DNA of 64,000 nt, taken from positions 1 to 64,000 of the IMG/VR virus record IMGVR_UViG_3300000558_000068; one strand, 5' to 3'. Positions within the stretch are counted from its first letter, which is position 1. Every line of letters begins with the position of its first letter. The DNA is from an uncultured virus (IMG/VR IMGVR_UViG_3300000558_000068). Lineage: Duplodnaviria > Heunggongvirae > Uroviricota > Caudoviricetes. Shown here in pieces: positions 50,439 through 58,553 of this stretch. Position numbers and translations under genes: made by a program. The notes beneath the pieces were generated by a model. The model searched no databases. It was not told the DNA's origin and saw only the letters and a list, made by a program, of their open reading frames with translations.

Positions 50439-52058
50439 ATGCGTCAGGAAATTATTAAAAACATATTAGACGAAAAAAAACGCAAAAAGAAAAAAAATAA
50501 GAAAATGAAACCAATCGGAAAGATATACTCGTTTATGCCAGTATTCTCCGACCCAACAATTGGAACGCCTGAAGGTATGGAAGAAGGTTTAAATTTACGC
50601 AAAAAACCACTAACCACACCAAAGTATTATTTTAAAATTTTTATCTGTAAAGAATGGGTTGAAGATGATTATAAAAGTGATTGTAACGATGGACATTTTC
50701 AGCTCGTAGAAATACCTAAAACCGAAATTAAATGGGAATCAGATTTAGATGCGGACGATGTTTATAATAGGGACGAGGCTATCCAAGTAATTTATTGGTG
50801 TTTAGACAATAAAATAATTCCTGATGATTGGTTTGATAAAGTTGATTATGTTGAAGAACTATCTGAGCTCGAATATATAAAAAATAAAGGTGATAAGGAA
50901 TCAGAGTTGGATGAAGAAGGTGGGGGATTAAGTGATACATTAGGACAAAATGATCTTCCACAAGTTCCAAAATGGGAATCCGGAATTACTCGTGGACATG
51001 CAAACCCTATTGATTTTAAAAAACCATGGGAATCCGGAATTACTCGTGGACACGCAAATAGTTTGTTCGAAGGATTAAATTTACCAAAAAAACCGCAACT
51101 AAAAACTTTTGATATTTACGATGTGGACACCGGAAATGTTATAATGAAAGTAACCAGAGCCGAATTGGACTATTTAATGGATGATAATTGGGTTTGGTAT
51201 GATGGGCGTAATTATGTAACGTTTAATGATAGTTTTCAATTAAATCAACAAATTGGCGTATATAAATCTAGTTTGTTCGAAGGGTTAAATTTAGTTAAGA
51301 AGCCAAAGAATCCAATATTTGATTATTTAGATCTCGCTATTGTTGATATTCGAAAAGACAACGCGCCAAATTTAGGAAAAAATATATTTCGTTTATATTC
51401 GGACAAGACCAATAAAAATATGGTTTTCAAAATAATTGTATATCCGTCTGGTAACGTAAAGATTCTTCAATACCGGTTTAGTTTTTTGGGGGATATAGCT
51501 ATTAGATTTAATGTTGATAGAGACAATTTTGATATTATATTTGATGAATGGTTTAAAAGTAGACATGGGGATAAAATTATTAATGAGGGAATAAATTTAC
51601 CAAAGAAAATAAGTGGAAAACAAACCAGATTTCCGGATAACTTACGTGATGCCATTGTTTCAGATGGTACTATGAATGATGACCATTTAATACCAAAATT
51701 TTTAGCTTATTTAAATAATTATGAATGGATCCCTAATTATCAAAAGCAAGTTGACGAAGCAAATGAAATATGGGAAAGAATACAATACAACGAAGAAAAT
51801 GATATTGCGATGGATTTAATTTACGAAGAAAAATCAGAGTTAACTAACGATTTATTTGAATTGATGATAGAATTGTCCCCAGTTGGAACATCATTTGGTT
51901 CATCTTTTGGCGATGGGGCTTGTTATGGATTTTGGGATTATTATAATAAAGAGTGCCCGGAATGTAATACTGAAATGGAGGACATTGATTATGAAAACGT
52001 AACTGGGTTTTGTCCGAATTGTAACGCCACTTTTGAAATGGGAACAATGGATTATTAA
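50439..52058 (+). CDS. Modular polyprotein-like protein with four EG(L/I)NL.K linkers
   Basis: Linkers at 50583, 51069, 51279, 51585; WESGITRGHAN x2; C-terminal CPEC...CPNC zinc ribbon. Confidence 0.7.
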   Translation: MRQEIIKNILDEKKRKKKKNKKMKPIGKIYSFMPVFSDPTIGTPEGMEEGLNLRKKPLTTPKYYFKIFICKEWVEDDYKSDCNDGHFQLVEIPKTEIKWESDLDADDVYNRDEAIQVIYWCLDNKIIPDDWFDKVDYVEELSELEYIKNKGDKESELDEEGGGLSDTLGQNDLPQVPKWESGITRGHANPIDFKKPWESGITRGHANSLFEGLNLPKKPQLKTFDIYDVDTGNVIMKVTRAELDYLMDDNWVWYDGRNYVTFNDSFQLNQQIGVYKSSLFEGLNLVKKPKNPIFDYLDLAIVDIRKDNAPNLGKNIFRLYSDKTNKNMVFKIIVYPSGNVKILQYRFSFLGDIAIRFNVDRDNFDIIFDEWFKSRHGDKIINEGINLPKKISGKQTRFPDNLRDAIVSDGTMNDDHLIPKFLAYLNNYEWIPNYQKQVDEANEIWERIQYNEENDIAMDLIYEEKSELTNDLFELMIELSPVGTSFGSSFGDGACYGFWDYYNKECPECNTEMEDIDYENVTGFCPNCNATFEMGTMDY

Positions 52059-52086
52059 TTGAGCATATTTATAGTAAAAGATTATT

Positions 52087-53187
52087 ATGATACAAATATT
52101 ACCGGCAGAAAGAGAACGGCTTTACAAAAAAGTACTCCATCGACTTGGTGCTCCTGTTAGAGCAATTGAACTTGAATCAGAACAAATGGATTCTTTGTTG
52201 GAGTTGTCTGTTGAAGATTATTCTGAAATTTTAAATAACTGGTTAACCGAATCACAATGGGGATCATTAGCTAATTTAGATTTGGATATGCAAGACTTTC
52301 AAACCAAATTAATGACAAGAGATCTAAATTTTGTCCGACAGTTCACATATGCATATTCTAAGCAGGTTGGATTAAATGCTAGTGGCACATATGAGCTGAA
52401 AAAAGATTATATTACATTGGTGAGAGGTCAACAAGCATATTCAATTCCAGCAAACCGCGAAATTAATGAAGTTTTATGGTTTACCCCTCCAACACTAGAT
52501 CAGTCAATTGTGGATCCATTTTTGGGTATGTGGGGATTTGAGTTTGGCGGTATGGGTACAGCGCAAGTGGGTATGGGGGCTTATTATGTTGCTCCGACAT
52601 TTGATATTCTATTAAGGATGCAGGATCGAAACATTAAAAATAGAATTCTTCGTTCCGAATTCATATATAAACTTACCGGTGGACCGAATGGAACAAAAAT
52701 ATTACACTTATTAAATGTTCCCGGAGGAAAATATGACTTTACAAGCTCGCATTTTTATCGCGGTAAAGTTTGGTACATGTATTATGACACGGCAGATAGA
52801 AACAGGGATGAGTGTCTAGCTGAAAATAAAGATATAATTAGATTGCCAAGCGATGTTCCTTTACATAATATAGATTACGCCGATTTAAATGACCAATCGA
52901 AAACATGGGTGCGTAGATATTTTACAGCATTAATGAAAGAAACACTAGGAAGAACCCGTGGTAAATTCTCCGGAAAGTTAAAAATACCTGATGATGAACT
53001 AACATTGGATTATGAAAGTTTATTAAGTGAAAGTAAATCCGAAATTGATGATCTAAAAGAAGAACTACTAAACCGATTAGAAAGGATGAGAAATGAAGTA
53101 ATGTTAAAACGAAAAGCCGAAGAAGGTGAAAGTCTAAACAAAGCTTTAAGTTATATTCCATTTAAAAACCCATATAACGTTATTTAA
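52087..53187 (+). CDS. Neck/adaptor protein, T4 gp13-like
   Basis: LHRLGAPVRAIELE.EQ; WVRRY..ALMKE.LG..RGKF. Confidence 0.8.
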   Translation: MIQILPAERERLYKKVLHRLGAPVRAIELESEQMDSLLELSVEDYSEILNNWLTESQWGSLANLDLDMQDFQTKLMTRDLNFVRQFTYAYSKQVGLNASGTYELKKDYITLVRGQQAYSIPANREINEVLWFTPPTLDQSIVDPFLGMWGFEFGGMGTAQVGMGAYYVAPTFDILLRMQDRNIKNRILRSEFIYKLTGGPNGTKILHLLNVPGGKYDFTSSHFYRGKVWYMYYDTADRNRDECLAENKDIIRLPSDVPLHNIDYADLNDQSKTWVRRYFTALMKETLGRTRGKFSGKLKIPDDELTLDYESLLSESKSEIDDLKEELLNRLERMRNEVMLKRKAEEGESLNKALSYIPFKNPYNVI

Positions 53188-53199
53188 TGTAAAATTCAT

Positions 53200-53466
53200 A
53201 TGAAAAATCTACAGGAAGAAATAAAAAGAAGCCAACAGTTAATGGGAATATCTGAGGGGCTCAATATACCTAAAGCTCGATTAGAAAAGGATTTAATTGA
53301 TCGTGTCATTGAAGAGATCCAATCTTGTTTAATGAATGGTGACTTGGACTCTATCGATCAACTTTTACAATCAGTGCCTAAAGAAAATCTGCTTTATTTT
53401 TTAAATGAAGATGAATGGGATGATTATAAGAATTGGGATGTTAACAATAGATTAGATCCGGTTTAA
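53200..53466 (+). CDS. Small protein with LQEEIKR leader and EGLNIPK linker
   Basis: MKNLQEEIKRSQQLMGISEGLNIPK. Confidence 0.65.
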   Translation: MKNLQEEIKRSQQLMGISEGLNIPKARLEKDLIDRVIEEIQSCLMNGDLDSIDQLLQSVPKENLLYFLNEDEWDDYKNWDVNNRLDPV

Positions 53467-53480
53467 CAAAATAATATTGT

Positions 53481-54110
53481 ATGTACGATCAAAGATTTTA
53501 CTATCCTCAACCTGAAGATATTAGATCCGATTTAAAATATAAGTCGGATGAAAAACCACAACCACAAATGTACGAATTTATTGACGGTGTTATTAAATTT
53601 AAACACACAATTGAAACAAATAAATTAATAGTGGGTGAAATATCCCCAATAGACGGAGTACTCAATATTAATGGGCTATTGCGCGTTGATGCTATTGAAA
53701 CAAAATCACATCTTCAAATTACCACAATAAAATTTCAGGAAAACAAAACAGTTCTTGGGGATTTTACAATAAAAGGCAATTTTAACATTGAAGGTGATAT
53801 TAATTGGAGCGGTAAAACAAATTATGTGGACACCGAAATTATTAGAGCTGAAGATAACACTATATATTTAAACCATAAAGGAAACCATCAAACATCAAAA
53901 AATGGTGGAATTATATTGGTTAAGGGTATAAGTGAGGATACTGATTGTGTTTTAAATGTTGATAAAGACGGTTATTGGAATGTGTATCCGGGATTAAATG
54001 TTCCGGTATTGAACGTTGAAACAATTAATTTTGAAGATGCTGAAAACAATATGCTAATCGGATATCTTAATGGAAAAAAAGTGGGAATACCATATAAAAA
54101 TTTAGAATGA
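53481..54110 (+). CDS. Beta-rich tail/fiber-like protein
   Basis: GDFTIKGNFNIEG, AEDNTIYLN, GGIIL. Confidence 0.5.
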   Translation: MYDQRFYYPQPEDIRSDLKYKSDEKPQPQMYEFIDGVIKFKHTIETNKLIVGEISPIDGVLNINGLLRVDAIETKSHLQITTIKFQENKTVLGDFTIKGNFNIEGDINWSGKTNYVDTEIIRAEDNTIYLNHKGNHQTSKNGGIILVKGISEDTDCVLNVDKDGYWNVYPGLNVPVLNVETINFEDAENNMLIGYLNGKKVGIPYKNLE

Positions 54111-55090
54111 ACTACCACAAAAAAATGATTAAACAACTTTTATTAGAATATCACGGAAGCCAAGCAGATGTTGACGATATTTCTGAATATGTAGCTAATG
54201 ATGTTTTTGACTTATTTCAACAATATCAAAATAACCCAGCAATTTTAAAACGGCTTGATAACATACCATTTACGATTAATTTACAAAAACAATACAGCTC
54301 CAAAATTCAAAACGTTATTATTATTTTAACCATTGCAAATAACGAACAAACAAACATCACCGGTGGTTTTAATCCCAAAAAAATAAAATTAAATGACGAT
54401 AACGAAACATATACAATAGAAATCGGTATTAAAATAAAAATAAATAAAAGTAACACAGAAAACATTCAAGACGATATTTTAGCCGTTGTATCACACGAAT
54501 TACATCACGCTTATCGGGAAATTAAAACGTTAGGAAAAAAATCAAAAGAAAGAATATATACACACGCCCGAAACGCAACAAATGCTGATATGCGGGCAGA
54601 CTACAATAAACATCCGGAATTGAAAACTTTTATGGATATGTTTTATTTAGGTATACAACCAGAAATTGATGCGAGGGTACAGGAAACTGCGTCTGTATTA
54701 AAAAAACAAAAATTAAACGATACAAATGATTATCTAATATATTTACAACGTTTTCAACCGATTAACGACGCTAGAAAAATGATGAAATATTCTGGAAACG
54801 ATTTAAAAACATTAGATTCGCCAGTATTAACGAATTTCATTCATCGATTTAACGCCAATCTCAAATATATCACATCAATTGAGTACGATACGGTCAAGAT
54901 TCATACAGATCCCGGAGCATTTATTAAATATTGGGTTGATCGAATTCAGGAAAGGGGTGATAATTTATTTAAAAAAATTATGAAACTTATTTTTGATAAA
55001 CTTAATACCACATTCCATGAAGCTTGGAGCAGTATCGATCTTAACCTTTTGGAAAATATAACCGATAACTATTATAGCTTTGGCATTTAA
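54107..55090 (+). CDS. HExxH zincin-like paralog A
   Basis: LLEYHG, SHELHHAY, MFYL...EIDARVQE. Confidence 0.7.
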   Translation: MNYHKKMIKQLLLEYHGSQADVDDISEYVANDVFDLFQQYQNNPAILKRLDNIPFTINLQKQYSSKIQNVIIILTIANNEQTNITGGFNPKKIKLNDDNETYTIEIGIKIKINKSNTENIQDDILAVVSHELHHAYREIKTLGKKSKERIYTHARNATNADMRADYNKHPELKTFMDMFYLGIQPEIDARVQETASVLKKQKLNDTNDYLIYLQRFQPINDARKMMKYSGNDLKTLDSPVLTNFIHRFNANLKYITSIEYDTVKIHTDPGAFIKYWVDRIQERGDNLFKKIMKLIFDKLNTTFHEAWSSIDLNLLENITDNYYSFGI

Positions 55091-55120
55091 ATTGTATTCT
55101 TTATTGTAAATTAACTCATT

Positions 55121-55798
55121 ATGAAAAAATTATTTACTATTTTCGCCCTCGTTTTACTTAGTTTTGTTGGTAAAGCACAATACGAAGAAAACACATATCC
55201 GGATTATGAATCTAGATTTAAACATTTCCACCACAACACCTATGAATCAAATTTTGGGTATTATAGTTATGTTTATGTTACTAATTGGTACTTGTTCTCA
55301 TTTGGACCGGTAGATTTTTATTATGCTAACTATTATTATCCGTATTACTGGGGATATTATACTTATTGCCAACGATATAATTATTGGAACTATTCCCCGT
55401 ATTACTGGAATTATCCTTCGTATCATTGGGGGTATTACTCAAATTATTATTCGAATACCGGTAATAATGATAATAACAACGTATATAATGGACACAGACC
55501 CTCTATAACGTCCAATACCAATCAACCAACCCTTAATTATAATAAACCCGTTAATCAATCTATAAACAATAAACCAACCCATCGTAATAACCAAAGCCCA
55601 TTTGATCAACCACAACAAAATAACCAATACAAACCGAAACCAGTTGTTAATAATAGACCGCCGATAAATTATTCAAAACCCAGTTCATCATATAATCGTC
55701 CCGCATTTAACAATTCAAAACCATCAAATATTTATAATACAAAGCCGCAGAGTTATAGTCGCCCTGCAAATAATGTATCACAACAAAAACGAAGATAA
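55121..55798 (+). CDS. Secreted Tyr-rich / low-complexity protein
   Basis: Signal peptide ending GKAQ; Y/W-rich middle; N/P/S-rich tail. Confidence 0.65.
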   Translation: MKKLFTIFALVLLSFVGKAQYEENTYPDYESRFKHFHHNTYESNFGYYSYVYVTNWYLFSFGPVDFYYANYYYPYYWGYYTYCQRYNYWNYSPYYWNYPSYHWGYYSNYYSNTGNNDNNNVYNGHRPSITSNTNQPTLNYNKPVNQSINNKPTHRNNQSPFDQPQQNNQYKPKPVVNNRPPINYSKPSSSYNRPAFNNSKPSNIYNTKPQSYSRPANNVSQQKRR

Positions 55799-55806
55799 CG
55801 AATAAC

Positions 55807-56790
55807 ATGGTCATTCTTGGATATAAAAATTTAATAAGAAAAGTATTGCTCGAGTATCACGGAAACCAAACAGATATTGATGAAATTGAAACTATAATAA
55901 CGAACGACATTGTTGATANCACAACNNANACGANNATATCGGTAATAGTTAATCAGGGAAGAAGTGTTATAATTAGTGAAATTGAAGTTGATGACATTCA
56001 GAGACAAAACAATACACAAATCCAAAAAATAAAAACTGAAGTCAGCATCACAATTACAGATCAAACACAAGCCACAGGTCAATTTAACCCAAAAACTATC
56101 ACATTAATTGACAATGATATGTATTCTATTGAGTTGTCCGTTGTTGTTAATCTAAACCCACAAGACATTGATAATTTAAAGAAGGAAATTGGTAAGGTGA
56201 TATCTCATGAGCTACATCACGCTTTTAGAGAAATAAAATTGATAGGTAAACAATCCAGATCAAAAATATATAATCTGGCCCAAAACTTATCGAAACTAGG
56301 ATTTAAGGATTTATATAATGATTACCCGGAACTAAAAGATTTTATGGTAATGTTCTATCTGGCACTACCACAAGAAATCACGGCAAGAGTACAAGAAACG
56401 ACATCAATATTAAAAAACATCGAATCAACAAACTATAATGACGTTACTAATCAATTATTGCGTTACCAGCCGCTTATTGACGCTAAAAAAATGATAAAAT
56501 ATGATATGAACGAAATAAAAAATGTCGACAACGATAAGCTCAATAATTTTATTACCGAATTTAATAAAAATATCAAATACTACGGTGATAAAGAAAATAT
56601 TGACATAAAAACTAAAAATACGGTCGATTCATTCGTTTATTATTGGGGTAGCAAAATTAGTAGGGGTGGAATGGAATTGTTTAGAAAAATATCAACGTTG
56701 GCATCTGATAAATGCTGGAATGATAAATCTCCTGAAAACCGAATTAAACATGATTTACTAGCACAATTGATGGGGGATGATTATGATTAA
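55807..56790 (+). CDS. HExxH zincin-like paralog B
   Basis: LLEYHG, SHELHHAF, EITARVQE; Ns near 55919-55935. Confidence 0.7.
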   Translation: MVILGYKNLIRKVLLEYHGNQTDIDEIETIITNDIVDXTXXTXISVIVNQGRSVIISEIEVDDIQRQNNTQIQKIKTEVSITITDQTQATGQFNPKTITLIDNDMYSIELSVVVNLNPQDIDNLKKEIGKVISHELHHAFREIKLIGKQSRSKIYNLAQNLSKLGFKDLYNDYPELKDFMVMFYLALPQEITARVQETTSILKNIESTNYNDVTNQLLRYQPLIDAKKMIKYDMNEIKNVDNDKLNNFITEFNKNIKYYGDKENIDIKTKNTVDSFVYYWGSKISRGGMELFRKISTLASDKCWNDKSPENRIKHDLLAQLMGDDYD

Positions 56791-57436
56791 GCTACTAAAT
56801 TTATTGATAGAAGAAATAACTGATTGGGAATTTGGTTATGAAAGACCGTTCAGGTTCGATTTAAACAGCACTGTCAATGAGGGACGTTTTCGCCTGTATC
56901 ATCCGGACGACCTAGATTCATATTTCAGAACAAAAACACATCCATGGACAAAAGAAGTCATTGAAGGGGTATCGTATGTAATGGGGAAACGAAAAGATAA
57001 TAGAAAACTAACAATTCAAGCAATACGTTTTAATAAAGGATACTGGAATGAAGATCAAGCAAAGAACTGGTTTAACGATAACAAAAAGAACTTCAGATTT
57101 AATATTGGACAAATTGATGAAGGGCTAAATCTACCAAAAAAGAAACTTGATACCCCAGAAGACTGGTTTAAAAACTTGTTAACTGATCTAGAAATAAATA
57201 AACAATTTGATGATATTTTTTTTTTCAATATTAGTGACCACGATAGGGAATATATGGCGTATTTTGTTAGTGAAAAAGAATTATTGGTTAGTAACATCAA
57301 AATTTGGTCAGTATTACGTAAAAAATATCAATTGAGCACAAAAGAAATTCGGCAATTAGTGAAAAACAAAATAGAAGGTGAGTTTGGTATTGATATTGAT
57401 AGTGTTTTTTGTGGCATTGGAAGTTATCGTCGATAG
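56777..57436 (+). CDS. Two-module protein with EGLNLPK linker
   Basis: C-terminal module resembles the module preceding the CRISPR-like array (TPE.WFK..L..L, L.VS..KIWSV). Confidence 0.7.
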   Translation: MIMIKLLNLLIEEITDWEFGYERPFRFDLNSTVNEGRFRLYHPDDLDSYFRTKTHPWTKEVIEGVSYVMGKRKDNRKLTIQAIRFNKGYWNEDQAKNWFNDNKKNFRFNIGQIDEGLNLPKKKLDTPEDWFKNLLTDLEINKQFDDIFFFNISDHDREYMAYFVSEKELLVSNIKIWSVLRKKYQLSTKEIRQLVKNKIEGEFGIDIDSVFCGIGSYRR

Positions 57437-57442
57437 CCGGAT

Positions 57443-57598
57443 ATGAAAAACAAAAAAGTAAATAAAGTTAAATTTCTAGATAAAAAGGAATTAGCCAAGG
57501 AACAAATTAATGATCCCGATTACAGACTTAAAGCCATTCAAAAATATTACGGCGATAAGTTTACTATATCTTGTAGTCGTTGTCACCATTGTAGATAA
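57443..57598 (+). CDS. Small protein with C-terminal CSRCHHCR (51 aa, not in ORF track)
   Basis: MKNKKVNK...ISCSRCHHCR. Confidence 0.45.
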   Translation: MKNKKVNKVKFLDKKELAKEQINDPDYRLKAIQKYYGDKFTISCSRCHHCR

Positions 57599-57872
57599 GC
57601 GATAAGTTACTATCAATCTTGTAACAAATATGATCAAAATTCGTTACATCTTCCTCGCTTAAAATAAACCATTCACTTACTGCTCTCTTATAATTCCACA
57701 ATCTATGTATAACTGCTTCGACCATATAAGGATTTTGGCATGGAACGGATTTAATAAGTTCCAATATGTTACCATTACCGGTTTGATTTTCTTTTAATCG
57801 TTTATTGACATGTTTAGATACGCCAATTTTATACAAATCCGAATCGTCCTGATGTATTAAGTAAACATTCAT
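57564..57872 (-). CDS. T5orf172/GIY-YIG-like nuclease domain protein
   Basis: VYLI, YKIGVS, RL...QTGN, E...H, EWF. Confidence 0.8.
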   Translation of the reverse strand: MNVYLIHQDDSDLYKIGVSKHVNKRLKENQTGNGNILELIKSVPCQNPYMVEAVIHRLWNYKRAVSEWFILSEEDVTNFDHICYKIDSNLSLIYNGDNDYKI

Positions 57873-58549
57873 TAGTTAAAAAGATATTTCCATTTATATA
57901 ATATCCGTTTTTGTTGCTCTTTAATTGTATCATTTCGAAGAATTCCTTTTTGATTTCTTTTTTTGGGGAACTTTCGCAAATTCCAAGCATCTTCAAAACT
58001 CATACATCCCTGTTCTGTTAGTTTTTCAATCGGACCCAGTTTAAATTTACTAGCATTTTTATTAATTAGGTAAATACGTTCAAATTCATTATCCAGCAAC
58101 ACATCGAATTTTTCACTGAACAATGTTTTTAATTTATCTAAGAATCCGCTATTTGAATATATTTTCCAATTGTCTGGTGTATGAAACGAAAATTTTATAA
58201 CTAGTGGATGCTTTGTCCTAATAAAGTCGTCAATTATTTTAAAAGCAGTTGCTGTCATTTTCATCCAATTTGCTGGAGTTTTTAATTCATTACTCATATC
58301 AGATTTAAATTGCCAAGATACATCATAATAAACATCAATTTTGTCGTTATAGAAGTAGTAATTGTTTAAATCGTTGTTGTTTGGTTTCCGGGTAAAATAA
58401 AAAACACCTTTAACTCCATTTTCATCAACATCATATTCCATATCACTCTTTTTAATAATATTGGAAAATGGTCTATCAAACGACTCATTTATTTGGTATT
58501 TAATAAACAATGTGTCTTTAATTACTTTTTTTATTAACTCTTCTCTCAT
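57872..58549 (-). CDS. Hypothetical protein
   Basis: 225 aa; MREELIKKVIK...INESF leader. Confidence 0.6.
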   Translation of the reverse strand: MREELIKKVIKDTLFIKYQINESFDRPFSNIIKKSDMEYDVDENGVKGVFYFTRKPNNNDLNNYYFYNDKIDVYYDVSWQFKSDMSNELKTPANWMKMTATAFKIIDDFIRTKHPLVIKFSFHTPDNWKIYSNSGFLDKLKTLFSEKFDVLLDNEFERIYLINKNASKFKLGPIEKLTEQGCMSFEDAWNLRKFPKKRNQKGILRNDTIKEQQKRILYKWKYLFN

Positions 58550-58553
58550 ATTT

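Noticed and set aside
55915..55940. N clusters as diversity-generating retroelement variable regions
   Set aside because: No reverse transcriptase or template/variable repeat pair seen.
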